A DNA stretch of 64,000 nt from a virus. The position numbers and the translations under genes were made by a program. The notes under the pieces were generated by a model, which worked only from the letters and a program-made list of their open reading frames with translations, did not search any database and had not been told where the DNA came from. This document shows positions 49,503 to 59,074 of this stretch, one piece after another. The stretch is taken from IMG/VR virus record IMGVR_UViG_3300011115_001056, positions 32,001-96,000 of that record. One strand, written 5' to 3'. Position 1 is the first letter of the stretch. Every line of letters begins with the position of its first letter.

Positions 49503-50251
49503 TAGTATTTTCTCTTCAAAAGAATAATCTATGGAATGGTTCCGGCTTTGTGGTCAAGCCTGGTTCATTAGAGTTATTATCATTTTGCTTTGCAGAGCAA
49601 CAGGTTAAAATTGGTTCTGGAAAATATAGGATAAAAATAGTTGGGGCATCTATCTCCGGTAATGGAATTTTCTCCGTGCAATTATTATTAGGCGATAAAG
49701 AGGTTTTTTCAAAAACAATATCTTTAAATAGCAAAGCAAATACAGAATCTTCTTTCGAGTTAGAGTTAAACTCTCCTGGTCCATATAATATTAAAATTCT
49801 TCGAGGGAAAGAATCAATAGGAAGAGTTTCAATTAATTTAATTAATTTTATTAAGACAATTGAAAAGTTACCCGAAGCAATTCTGCCAATAGTTAATGGT
49901 GAAGCAAAAGATTTTGAAAAAACATTTGTAGTAATTAATTATGATGAGTTAAACTCACCTTCCGAAATATCTTCTCTGTTTTTAGACCTGAAGAGTTATA
50001 AAAATTGCTTTTTTCTTCTAAAGACATCTCAATCTTTTGTGGAGAAGATAAAGGATGCTAACTTTAGAATGTTTTTTGAGTGGGAAGATCTTTTTGATTA
50101 TATTTCTATCTCTAATTTAAAAAAAATTATCTATTTAGAGTCAAATCTAAATAAAAGCATTTTTTCTAAGTATAACTGCGATATTGGAATTACTAGCCCA
50201 ATAATGGTTGGTAAAAAAACTCCAAATAAAATATCTGGAATTATATTTTGA
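49499..50251 (+). CDS. Hypothetical protein, paralogue of the previous ORF
   Basis: ATGA overlap with the previous gene; shares the GNGxFS...RGK motif and a similar C-terminal domain (FVVINYD...FFLLK). Confidence 0.6.
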   Translation: MIVFSLQKNNLWNGSGFVVKPGSLELLSFCFAEQQVKIGSGKYRIKIVGASISGNGIFSVQLLLGDKEVFSKTISLNSKANTESSFELELNSPGPYNIKILRGKESIGRVSINLINFIKTIEKLPEAILPIVNGEAKDFEKTFVVINYDELNSPSEISSLFLDLKSYKNCFFLLKTSQSFVEKIKDANFRMFFEWEDLFDYISISNLKKIIYLESNLNKSIFSKYNCDIGITSPIMVGKKTPNKISGIIF

Positions 50252-51282
50252 AAAATAAAACAATAAATTTTCACTACATGACTGTTGATAAAAATATTGG
50301 CTATGGAAAGGCGTCGGCCAATATGCTTGAAGTTTTTAGGTTGACGGAACATAGGATTAACCCTGTTCAATCTGGAAGACCGGCTCCTCATGCTGATATT
50401 GATTTTTTCCTTAGGCCTCCACCTTGGAATATGGGTAGATCCAGAAGAAAGATTGCTTACTTCTACTGGGAAGCTACACCACTACCTGATGGGTGGGCGG
50501 CTTGCCTAAATACCGTAGATGAGATTTGGGCACCATGTCAATTGGTAGCAGACTGTTGCAAAATGGCAGGATTCAAAGGAAAGATTATAATAGTTCCAAC
50601 TCCCGCAATGCCGATTGACTTTTCCACCGTACCAGAGATGGATATTGCAGGAGTTCCGGTGGATTCCTTTAAGTTCTATTCAATATCACAATGGCATAAT
50701 AGAAAAGGGTGGGTGGAGCTATTAACTGCCTTTTTTGATGAATTTTCAGCAGAAGATAATGTCTCATTGATTATAAAAACAAATCCAATAAATCATCTTC
50801 TTCAAGATGAAATAAAAAAAGATATTTTTAATATAAAGTCTAATTTTTCTTATAAAAAAACAGCACCACTTGTTGTTATTCCGTCAATTATATCAGAGCA
50901 AGAACTATTATCAATTCATAAGTCATCACACTGCTATGTGGCTCCTCATCATGGCGAAGGATGGGGAATGCCAATTCATGATGCTATATTGGCTGGAAAA
51001 CAAATTATAGCCACAAAGTTTGGTGGAGTTGTTGAGTTTTTAGATGATGAAGCTTTTCACCCCATACCATTTTCTATGATTCCAGTATCAGGAATGGAAT
51101 GGAATGGAGCATATAATTCCAATCAGAGGTGGGCCCAGCCTGATATCATTGCCTTAAAAAGCATCATGAGGGATGTTTACAATAATTTTAAAGTTTATAT
51201 TAAAAAAAATATGCTAATCAACAAAAATATAGAAAATATATCTATAGAAAAAATAACAAGCTTAATAAAGAGCATAATTTAG
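50248..51282 (+). CDS. Glycosyltransferase, GT-B fold (GT4-like)
   Basis: GYGKAS, YFYWEAT.LP, NRKGWVELL, CYVAPHHGEGWGMPIHDAILAGKQIIATKFGG; paralogous to 47480..48562. Start is TTG 50248 or ATG 50278. Confidence 0.88.
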   Translation: MKNKTINFHYMTVDKNIGYGKASANMLEVFRLTEHRINPVQSGRPAPHADIDFFLRPPPWNMGRSRRKIAYFYWEATPLPDGWAACLNTVDEIWAPCQLVADCCKMAGFKGKIIIVPTPAMPIDFSTVPEMDIAGVPVDSFKFYSISQWHNRKGWVELLTAFFDEFSAEDNVSLIIKTNPINHLLQDEIKKDIFNIKSNFSYKKTAPLVVIPSIISEQELLSIHKSSHCYVAPHHGEGWGMPIHDAILAGKQIIATKFGGVVEFLDDEAFHPIPFSMIPVSGMEWNGAYNSNQRWAQPDIIALKSIMRDVYNNFKVYIKKNMLINKNIENISIEKITSLIKSII

Positions 51283-51290
51283 GAATTAAT

Positions 51291-51914
51291 ATGGAACAAT
51301 TTTTAGATCAAAAAGATAATCAATGGCACATTACAATGTGGATGGTTGTGCCGACTGTTAATGTAAAACATAGCTATAATTTTAGAGTTCATAGTATTAC
51401 AAATAATGATGGCTCCATCATTCGTGATCCCTCCATATCAAATAGTCATTATGTTTTTGGGATTAGTACAAAGTTTTTTGGCAAAAAAGTATTTTTCAAT
51501 GCATCATTTGATCCACTAGAAATACAAAATGTAAAGAGCTTTAAATTTGGATTCTGTAATGAACAGGTCGCATGGCTAAATAACACCTTTGTTGTGTTTG
51601 AGAATGATTGTCCAAAAGTAATAAATAATAATGATATAGTTGAAGGGCAAGTCTTAGAAGTGAAAACTTCAGATACATTAGAAGAATCTTCCTTAGTAAG
51701 TGTTGAAGCATCTATAAACATGAATGAATCAGAGACTATATCTGATGATCAAATATCTGCCGAGGTTATGATATTATCAAACGTAATTCCTGATGATGCT
51801 CTAGCTGAAAAAAAAATTGAAGTACCTATAGTGGAGGCAAAAGGTGAGCCTTTTGAGAAAGATGTTGTTCAAGTTGCAAAAAAGAAACTTGGAAGAAAAA
51901 GAAATAAAGTATAA
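51291..51914 (+). CDS. Hypothetical protein sharing its N-terminal domain with the next glycosyltransferase
   Basis: NFRVHSIT..DPSISNSHYVF..FGFCNEQVAW versus NFRIKSIT..DPQINNSNYIF..IGFCDEFVRW; acidic low-complexity tail ending KKKLGRKRNKV. Confidence 0.65.
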   Translation: MEQFLDQKDNQWHITMWMVVPTVNVKHSYNFRVHSITNNDGSIIRDPSISNSHYVFGISTKFFGKKVFFNASFDPLEIQNVKSFKFGFCNEQVAWLNNTFVVFENDCPKVINNNDIVEGQVLEVKTSDTLEESSLVSVEASINMNESETISDDQISAEVMILSNVIPDDALAEKKIEVPIVEAKGEPFEKDVVQVAKKKLGRKRNKV

Positions 51915-51915
51915 T
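51908..51915 (+). promoter_or_regulatory. AGTATAAT -10-like motif (leaderless spacing)
   Basis: TATAAT ends 6 nt before ATG 51922; overlaps the stop codon of the previous gene; no SD. Confidence 0.45.
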
Positions 51916-51921
51916 TAAAAA

Positions 51922-53292
51922 ATGAATTATGTTGTTAAAAATAATGTAAATGGAAGCAGATATAAACTTATTATATCCGCTACTATTCCAAAGTTACAAA
52001 TTACAAATATTTTAAACTTTAGAATAAAATCAATTACATTATTAAATAATGAAGTAGTTAATGATCCTCAGATAAATAATTCAAATTATATTTTTGAAAT
52101 AAAAGAAACCCAAATTAATAAAAAAAATGATTTTATATTTGATTTTGATATTACAGAAATGTCAAATATAAAAGATATTGATATTGGATTTTGTGATGAG
52201 TTTGTCAGATGGTATGACCATACTGCAAAAAAAATAAATGTTAATTTATCTCAAGTTAAGTTATTTAATAAAAAAGAAAATAATAAAATTTGTATTTTAT
52301 CTACATGGAACATAAAATGTGGTATAAGCCAGTACTGTAAAAACTTTTATGATGCCCTAATAGACAAAGGATGTGCGACAAAAGTATTTTCAAATACTGA
52401 AAATTATACTGATATTTTTAATTTTATAAAAACAAATAATGTTAATATATTTATTGTTCAATATGAACCATCAATAATTCAAAACTTTGAAGTTTTATTA
52501 TCAAATATTTTAATATTAAAAAGACATAATAAAAGAGTAAAAATATATTTTGTAATTCACTCTGAATATAAAGATCTTTTTAAATTAGATGGAATAATTG
52601 ATGGATTTATTTATCATAAGTCAAATACGTTAAACTTTAAGAATACAAAAGTCAACATTATTCCGATGGCAGTTCCTATATTTGCTCCAGATAATGAAAT
52701 CCCTTTTTATAGGCAAAAATATGGAATATCAAATGATACATTTGTTATATCTACTGTTGGATTTATGTTTGGATGGAAACAACATGCAAATGTTCTGCAG
52801 GGTATGGTTCCTATATTAAAACAAAATAAAAATGCAATGATTCAGCTGTTAACATCATTTCATTCAATAAATAATGGCGAGTGTATAGAAGAATATAATA
52901 AAATACGAAGGGTTGTATCTGAAAATGGCATCGAGTCTCAGGTAATACATGTCACTGAGTATATTCCGCAGCAAGAATTAAGCGAAAGACTGTTTCTATC
53001 AGACCTTGGATTTTTATGGTCAGGAATAGAAACAACAAGCTCGTCCGCATCATTAAAAGAATTTGTATCATCAAGACTGCCTGTCGTTAGAACAAACTCA
53101 TCACATTACCATGATATAGAATCTGGATGTGAGATAACAGGGCAAGATATGGGTCAGTTTATATCGGCAATAGAGGGCCTAATTTCAAATAAAGAAAGAT
53201 TAACTACTTTAAAAAATTATATGAATAAAAACTATGAAGAAATGAATTATAAAAATATAATATCTAAATTTTTAGAGGTGTTCGATGTATAA
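51922..53292 (+). CDS. Glycosyltransferase GT4-like with extra N-terminal domain
   Basis: ILSTWNIKCGISQY, VNIIPMAV, ISTVGFMFGWKQ, SSSASLKEFVSSRLPVV; about 110-aa N-terminal extension. Confidence 0.8.
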   Translation: MNYVVKNNVNGSRYKLIISATIPKLQITNILNFRIKSITLLNNEVVNDPQINNSNYIFEIKETQINKKNDFIFDFDITEMSNIKDIDIGFCDEFVRWYDHTAKKINVNLSQVKLFNKKENNKICILSTWNIKCGISQYCKNFYDALIDKGCATKVFSNTENYTDIFNFIKTNNVNIFIVQYEPSIIQNFEVLLSNILILKRHNKRVKIYFVIHSEYKDLFKLDGIIDGFIYHKSNTLNFKNTKVNIIPMAVPIFAPDNEIPFYRQKYGISNDTFVISTVGFMFGWKQHANVLQGMVPILKQNKNAMIQLLTSFHSINNGECIEEYNKIRRVVSENGIESQVIHVTEYIPQQELSERLFLSDLGFLWSGIETTSSSASLKEFVSSRLPVVRTNSSHYHDIESGCEITGQDMGQFISAIEGLISNKERLTTLKNYMNKNYEEMNYKNIISKFLEVFDV

Positions 53293-54100
53293 GGTTGTTG
53301 TTGGTATTACAACATTAAATAATCCTGATATACTTAACAACTGTTTAAAATCAATATACAAAACACATGATATGTATAAAGGCTTAGATATAAAAATTTT
53401 AGTGATTGATGATTGTAGCTCTGATGAGAATCTAGAAAGGAATAAAGAAGTTTGTGCATCACATGGTGTAGATATGTTGATGAATAGACAGAGGCTTGGT
53501 GTAGCTAAGTCTTGGAACAATCTATCTAAGCATTTTAAATCTGAAATAGTTATACTTCTAAATGATGATGTTGAAGTTTTTCATAATTGGACAGATGTTA
53601 TGATATATACATTGGATAATAATCCTGAGATTGGAGTAGTTGGATTTAATGCATATGAAGGGGATAATAGCTTACTTCCAGCAAATAATGTACCAACTTA
53701 TATCGAATCAAAAATAATGCTTGGCGGAAATTTACACCCCATATTATCTGCCAGAGGCTTTGGGTTTGGATTCAGAAAGGAAGACTTTGATAAGATTGGC
53801 GGTTTTAATAATGATTATTTTTGTTTTTTTGAAGAAATAGATTTTAATTTATCTATGATGAAAAATCTTAATAAAAGAAATTGTATATTGTCCTATCCAG
53901 TATTAAAGCATACTCATGGTGCTACAACATTCAAGGAGCTTGGAGATCATTCTCTTATTTTTAAAGAAAGCAAGGCAATATTTGAATTAAAGTGGGGAGT
54001 TGCCTGGGAAGATTTAAGAAATTTGTTTCATAATAATAACATACCTAGAATAAAAAATATTTTAAACGAATGGAACTCTAACTTTAATATCTGGAGTTAG
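53285..54100 (+). CDS. Glycosyltransferase family 2 (GT-A)
   Basis: ILVIDDCSSD, RLGVAKSWN, ILLNDDV (DxD-like), IGGFNNDYFCFFEEIDF. Confidence 0.9.
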   Translation: MYKVVVGITTLNNPDILNNCLKSIYKTHDMYKGLDIKILVIDDCSSDENLERNKEVCASHGVDMLMNRQRLGVAKSWNNLSKHFKSEIVILLNDDVEVFHNWTDVMIYTLDNNPEIGVVGFNAYEGDNSLLPANNVPTYIESKIMLGGNLHPILSARGFGFGFRKEDFDKIGGFNNDYFCFFEEIDFNLSMMKNLNKRNCILSYPVLKHTHGATTFKELGDHSLIFKESKAIFELKWGVAWEDLRNLFHNNNIPRIKNILNEWNSNFNIWS

Positions 54101-54106
54101 TATAAT
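54099..54106 (+). promoter_or_regulatory. AGTATAAT -10-like motif upstream of the second GT2
   Basis: Followed by GGAG and ATG 54124, the same layout and spacing (17 nt) as at 9922. Confidence 0.5.
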
Positions 54107-54123
54107 TAAGTTTTGGAGATATA

Positions 54124-55020
54124 ATGGAAGATTTTGTTACTATAGGAATTCCCACGTATAATGGTTGGCAACGTGTTGCTAACTTATTAGAAAATATAAA
54201 ACAAAGAACTGAACAAGATATAAAGTATGATATAGTTATATGTGATGATTCCGGAAGGCCCGAGCATCGCGAAAAGATAAAGTCAATTTGTGCTCAATAT
54301 GGAGCAAGATTTATTTTTCATCAGAATAATAGGGGTGTTCCTGCTGCATGGAACACTTTGGTAAAATCAAGTAATTCTAAATATGTGATTCTACTAAATG
54401 ATGATATACTTGTTGCAAAAAACTGGTTGAGAGCTCCACTTCATGCAATAAAAGAAAATCCATTAGTTGGCTCATTTGGTCTATATTGTTATTTTATAAG
54501 TCCAAGCGATGTGCAACCTCTGCTTGCCGGCCCAGATGCAAAAATTATTCCTTTAAATATCAGATGGGAGGGCCCAAATCTAATTCTAAACGAAAGGTTT
54601 GATTCTGTTCCAACCTCGGCCGGTTCAGCTCCAGGAAGAACAATGTGTCCTACCGGCTGTGCATTTGGATTTAGAAGAGAGATGTGGGAGAAGGTAGGAG
54701 GCTTTGATGAAAGATATCAGGCATTTTATGAGGAAACTGATTTTGGGGTAGCTTGTGCTGAGCTTGGGTTTCCCTCTGTACAATTATCATGCCCCGGAAA
54801 TTATCACATTTGGTCACAAACATTCGGATCTGCTCCAGAGATAAATGCAGGGCAGGTTATGGCTGATTCAAAAAGAAAATTTCTTGAAAAATGGAGAGCA
54901 AGACTTGCAATAGAGATAAATGATGCTCCAGATATTCATCCATTTTTAATGGACAAAATTGGTCCAATTGAAATATCATGGCTTGATGAAGACCAAAAAG
55001 AAAAAACCTGTTTTATATGA
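54124..55020 (+). CDS. Glycosyltransferase family 2 (GT-A)
   Basis: TIGIPTYN, IVICDDSG, NRGVPAAWN, ILLNDDI, VGGFDERYQAFYEETDF; GGAG RBS at 54115. Confidence 0.9.
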   Translation: MEDFVTIGIPTYNGWQRVANLLENIKQRTEQDIKYDIVICDDSGRPEHREKIKSICAQYGARFIFHQNNRGVPAAWNTLVKSSNSKYVILLNDDILVAKNWLRAPLHAIKENPLVGSFGLYCYFISPSDVQPLLAGPDAKIIPLNIRWEGPNLILNERFDSVPTSAGSAPGRTMCPTGCAFGFRREMWEKVGGFDERYQAFYEETDFGVACAELGFPSVQLSCPGNYHIWSQTFGSAPEINAGQVMADSKRKFLEKWRARLAIEINDAPDIHPFLMDKIGPIEISWLDEDQKEKTCFI

Positions 55021-55029
55021 GGCTATTAT

Positions 55030-56271
55030 ATGAAAATTTTATTACTTGAACATCCACAACTTACTAACGGAACATGGATGCTATATGAAGGATTAGTTCG
55101 TGTGCTCGGAAGAGATGCTATCACAATCTTTCCTCCAAAACCATTATTTGATGGAAAATATCCATCAGCCGTCATGAAGCTGATGGATATTAGGTGGTAT
55201 CGTGATGTATATAAAGATCTTCAAAATCTTCCCGCAGGAATTCCTCCACTATCAAATGGAGAGTTATTAACTGCAAATGATGATAGAGTTATGATTTCTG
55301 CCATATGCCCTGTTCCACCATCACCAGATAAGACAGATCAAATACCAATTGATGAGGACGAAGTTATAGAACTACTTAACCAAAATTATTATGATTTAAT
55401 AGTTCTGGGAAATAGCCATAGAGTTCCAACCATTGCATTAGCAAGATTTCGTGATAAGTGTAGGACCCTACCTCCAATCATTTATTTTGACGCAGGAGAA
55501 AGGGATGAGTTTAATGCTCATTGGTGGCACGTATTTAAACCAGCGTTAGTTTTTAAAAATATATTAACACCAGAGTTATTATTAAAAAAAGGAACTCCAC
55601 AGGTTCCATGTGATATATATCCAATGCCGATGTCACATACAACTATATTATCTGATAAATCTGATAAATTTAATATAAATATTGATAATTTAAAAAATAG
55701 AAGTATTGACTTAACATCTAATTTTGGAAGTACATGGGAAACTAGAAGATTAGTTCAGCAAACAGTTGAAAAAACATGTTTATCAATATCAAGAGATAAT
55801 AGAAAGTTAGTTACAAAACTAGATATATTTACTCAGAGTGATTTACTTAATTCTAAAATTTCAGTATCTATGAGAGGATCCGGAAGAGATACTGAAAGAT
55901 ACTGGGATATGCCTGCAGCCGGTTGTGCTCTGATTTGTGACGGAACAATGGGTTGTATACATCCATTTCCTTTTAAAAATAATGAATCTGCAATCTTTTA
56001 TAAAAATTTAAAAGAACTTGATATAGCTATAAAATTTTTGGTAAATAATGATGATGAAAGAATTAGAATTGCACAAAATGGACACAATCATATTAGAAAA
56101 TATCATAGCGTTGAAGCAAGAGCATTATTTTTTCTTGGTATTATAAACACCAAAATTGGATGCAATTACTCAGTGGAAAATAAAGATAGGATAAAAAGTC
56201 TGATAAAAGATTTAAAGTGGGATTCAGAGCTTCCAGACTGGACAGGCCCAGTTGTAGGTTTTGATGAATAA
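55030..56271 (+). CDS. Glycosyltransferase-like protein (CgeB/Glyco_trans_1_2-type C-terminus)
   Basis: LLNSKISVSMRGSGRDTERYWDMPAAGCALI...RIRIAQNGHNHIRKYHSVEARA. Confidence 0.78.
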   Translation: MKILLLEHPQLTNGTWMLYEGLVRVLGRDAITIFPPKPLFDGKYPSAVMKLMDIRWYRDVYKDLQNLPAGIPPLSNGELLTANDDRVMISAICPVPPSPDKTDQIPIDEDEVIELLNQNYYDLIVLGNSHRVPTIALARFRDKCRTLPPIIYFDAGERDEFNAHWWHVFKPALVFKNILTPELLLKKGTPQVPCDIYPMPMSHTTILSDKSDKFNINIDNLKNRSIDLTSNFGSTWETRRLVQQTVEKTCLSISRDNRKLVTKLDIFTQSDLLNSKISVSMRGSGRDTERYWDMPAAGCALICDGTMGCIHPFPFKNNESAIFYKNLKELDIAIKFLVNNDDERIRIAQNGHNHIRKYHSVEARALFFLGIINTKIGCNYSVENKDRIKSLIKDLKWDSELPDWTGPVVGFDE

Positions 56272-56307
56272 TGAACATTAATAACTCATTGCAAACTAGG
56301 AGATATT

Positions 56308-57033
56308 GTGAATTATAGTGATGTAATAAATACATTGATTAAAAACAATCTAATAACAAAAGAATCTGTTGAATATTGGTATAATAAATTATTCTTATCA
56401 CCACATCCAGAGGGTGGTACGCCGTGGGATCAGGTCTTATGTGACGTATGGAATGAAAAAAATCGGGATTCTATTGATTTAATGTCTGACTTTTATGATT
56501 CTGATTGTTGCGTCGTGTTTCAAGGCTCAATGTCTGGGTCTTGGGCTGGAAATTCTATAAATAAAAAAATAGAACCATATATAACTCCAGGCTTAAATGT
56601 ACTTGAATATGGCTCAGGAGGAGGAAGAGAAGTTGTTAGTGTTTTAAAGTCTGGAGCAAAGATAACAGCGTGTGATGTTTCAATAAGATTACTTGATGGA
56701 GTAAAATTATTAGCCAAAGAACACGGATATATTGTCGAAACAATTATAATAAAAGATGATGTTCCAGTTCTGCCAATTGGCTATGATGTAGTAATTACTA
56801 CAGATTGTTTAGAGCATGTAAAAAAACCAATAGATGTATTAAATACTTTATCAAGATCATTAAAACAAGGTGGAATCATGTATTGCGAAGTATTTTTTGG
56901 TGGGCATGACTTATCTCCATATCATTTAGTTGAAAATAATCATCTTGGTAATGTTGATCTCTGGAGATCTGTGATGAAAAATGCTGGACTGAAACAAATA
57001 GATCAAGAAGGACTTATTTGGGAAAAAGAATGA
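56308..57033 (+). CDS. Class I SAM-dependent methyltransferase
   Basis: VLEYGSGGG, ITACDVS, YDVVITTDCLEHV, LKQGG; GTG start with AGGAG RBS at 56298. Confidence 0.88.
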   Translation: MNYSDVINTLIKNNLITKESVEYWYNKLFLSPHPEGGTPWDQVLCDVWNEKNRDSIDLMSDFYDSDCCVVFQGSMSGSWAGNSINKKIEPYITPGLNVLEYGSGGGREVVSVLKSGAKITACDVSIRLLDGVKLLAKEHGYIVETIIIKDDVPVLPIGYDVVITTDCLEHVKKPIDVLNTLSRSLKQGGIMYCEVFFGGHDLSPYHLVENNHLGNVDLWRSVMKNAGLKQIDQEGLIWEKE

Positions 57034-57896
57034 TAACATTTTTTTTAATGAATTTAAAAGGACTTAATGTATTAAAGTCTATTATATCATCTGGAAAAAA
57101 AAATATAATAAAAGAAGTTATTTCATCACAAGATAAAAATGTTATAAATGATTATTATCTTGATATAGTTGAGTTATGTGAATCAAACTCAATTATTTTT
57201 TTTAATAAAAATAATATAAAAAATATTTCTTTTGATTATGGAATTGCAATTGGATGGAGGTGGATGATTAAAAATAATAAAAATTTAATAGTACTTCATG
57301 ATTCTTTGCTTCCAAAAAATAGGGGATTTTCACCACTAGTAACATCAATTATTTCTGGAGATGAAAGGATAGGAGTTACGGCATTATGGGCATGCGAAAA
57401 TTATGATGAAGGAGATATTATATCATCAAGTTTTATTAATATAGAATATCCAATAAAAATTCAAAAAGCAATTGAACTAATATCGGAATGTTATTCTGAC
57501 TTAGTCTTATATATTCTTAATATAATAGAAAAAAAACAGGAATTACCGAGAATAAAACAGGATGAATCTCTTGCAACGTATTGTTTATGGCGTGATGAGG
57601 AAGATTTAAAAATAAATTGGAATGATTCTGCTTCAATAATAGTAAGACATATAGATGCAGTTGGCTTCCCATATAATGGGGCATATTTTGTATATAATGA
57701 TTTAAAATATATTGTACATAATGCAATAGAAATTTGTGACAAAAATATAGAAAATAGAACACCAGGAAAAATATTTAAAATAGAAGAAGATGGAATAATT
57801 ATTGTTTGCAAAACTGGTCTTGTAAAATTAACAGATATTTTTTTAGAAAATAAAGATAAAATAATATTTAATAAATTAAAAGTTAGGTTAAAATGA
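57030..57896 (+). CDS. Formyltransferase (Fmt fold), probably a sugar-nucleotide N-formyltransferase
   Basis: LHDSLLPKNRGFSPL, GVTA..YDEGDII, INWN..A..I.R.I.A...PY.GA and an Fmt C-terminal domain; ATG at 57030 overlaps the previous stop (ATGA); adjacent to a sugar aminotransferase. Confidence 0.8.
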   Translation: MITFFLMNLKGLNVLKSIISSGKKNIIKEVISSQDKNVINDYYLDIVELCESNSIIFFNKNNIKNISFDYGIAIGWRWMIKNNKNLIVLHDSLLPKNRGFSPLVTSIISGDERIGVTALWACENYDEGDIISSSFINIEYPIKIQKAIELISECYSDLVLYILNIIEKKQELPRIKQDESLATYCLWRDEEDLKINWNDSASIIVRHIDAVGFPYNGAYFVYNDLKYIVHNAIEICDKNIENRTPGKIFKIEEDGIIIVCKTGLVKLTDIFLENKDKIIFNKLKVRLK

Positions 57897-59011
57897 TTAC
57901 TTTTAATAAACCATTTATCTCAAATAATGAATTAAATAATATATCAGAATCTATAAAATTAAAAAATTTAAGTGGTGATGGCCCATTTACAAAACAGGCA
58001 ACGTCACTATTAAATAAAATTCATAATTCGCCAGACTCTAAGATTCTTCTAACTACATCCTGTACTGATGCGCTTGAAATGTCTGCTATTCTTCTAAATA
58101 TTGGGCCTGGAGATGAAGTTATCATACCCTCCTATACATTTGTGTCTACGGCATTAGCATTTGAAATGCGTGGAGCAAAGATAGTATTTGCCGATAGCAA
58201 AGTGGACTGCCCACACATTGATTCTTTACATGTTGCAAAACTTATTACACCAAAAACTAAAGCAATTGTTCCTGTTCACTATGCAGGAATAGCTTGCGAT
58301 ATGAATTCCTTATTATCTTATAATATTCCAATTATTGAAGATAATGCTCAGGGTATCACAAGCACATTAAACGGAAGGGCCTTAGGTACAATTGGATGCC
58401 TTGGAACGCTATCATTTCATGAGAGCAAGAACATTAATTGTGGCGAAGGTGGAGCCATAATTATAAATGACCAAAACCTTGCTGCCCGTGCTGAAGTAAT
58501 CAGAGAAAAGGGAACCAATCGATCATCCTTTTTTCGTGGAGAGGTTAATAAGTATGGATGGTGCGATATTGGTTCATCGTATCTTCCTAGCGATATTCTG
58601 GCAGCATTTCTATGTGCTCAGCTTGATAATATCGATCATGTTCAATCAAAGCGTCATGCAATATTTTCAAAATATCTTACTGAGCTTTCCTATACAAAAA
58701 GCTATGGATGGCAACTTCCTATAGTGCCAGAAAACTCAACTAGCAATGCACATATATTTTACATTGTTATGAACTCATTAGAAGAAAGAAGTAATTTTAT
58801 AAAATATATGAAAGAAAATAACATTCATTCTGTTTTTCATTACCTATCATTACATAAAAGTGAATATTTTAAAAATAAATATAATGGAGATGAACTTATA
58901 AACTCTGATAAATATTCTGATTGCTTAGTTCGATTGCCATTATATCCAGACTTAACTGAAGATCAGGTTAGCCATATAATAAATGTAGTAAAAAAATGGA
59001 ATGGTAATTAA
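57893..59011 (+). CDS. wecE: dTDP-4-amino-4,6-dideoxygalactose transaminase (DegT/DnrJ family, WecE/RffA type)
   Basis: SGDGPFT, LLTTSCTDALEM, PSYTFVSTA, SFHESKNINCGEGGA, REKGTNRSSFFRGEVNKYGWCDIGSSYLPSD: WecE-type signature. Confidence 0.85.
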   Translation: MITFNKPFISNNELNNISESIKLKNLSGDGPFTKQATSLLNKIHNSPDSKILLTTSCTDALEMSAILLNIGPGDEVIIPSYTFVSTALAFEMRGAKIVFADSKVDCPHIDSLHVAKLITPKTKAIVPVHYAGIACDMNSLLSYNIPIIEDNAQGITSTLNGRALGTIGCLGTLSFHESKNINCGEGGAIIINDQNLAARAEVIREKGTNRSSFFRGEVNKYGWCDIGSSYLPSDILAAFLCAQLDNIDHVQSKRHAIFSKYLTELSYTKSYGWQLPIVPENSTSNAHIFYIVMNSLEERSNFIKYMKENNIHSVFHYLSLHKSEYFKNKYNGDELINSDKYSDCLVRLPLYPDLTEDQVSHIINVVKKWNGN

Positions 59012-59074
59012 TTTAGTCTATTCAAAAATATTAAACTTAGTAATATTTATAAAATATAGTATCGGAGAATCAAT

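Noticed and set aside
47480-56271. O-antigen seroconversion (gtrABC-type) cassette
   Set aside because: No GtrA flippase, bactoprenol-linked GtrB with C-terminal TM helices or polytopic GtrC/acyltransferase is visible; the enzymes appear soluble.
56271-56318. 15-codon mini-ORF (MNINNSLQTRRYCEL) coupled by TAATG to the upstream GT
   Set aside because: Too short to support; the downstream methyltransferase has its own AGGAG RBS, so no coupling peptide is needed.
57030-57896. Methionyl-tRNA formyltransferase (fmt) call
   Set aside because: The fold matches, but the gene overlaps a sugar aminotransferase in a dTDP-sugar cluster and lacks the typical Fmt N-terminal FMGTPxFA motif; a sugar formyltransferase is more plausible, so no symbol is given.
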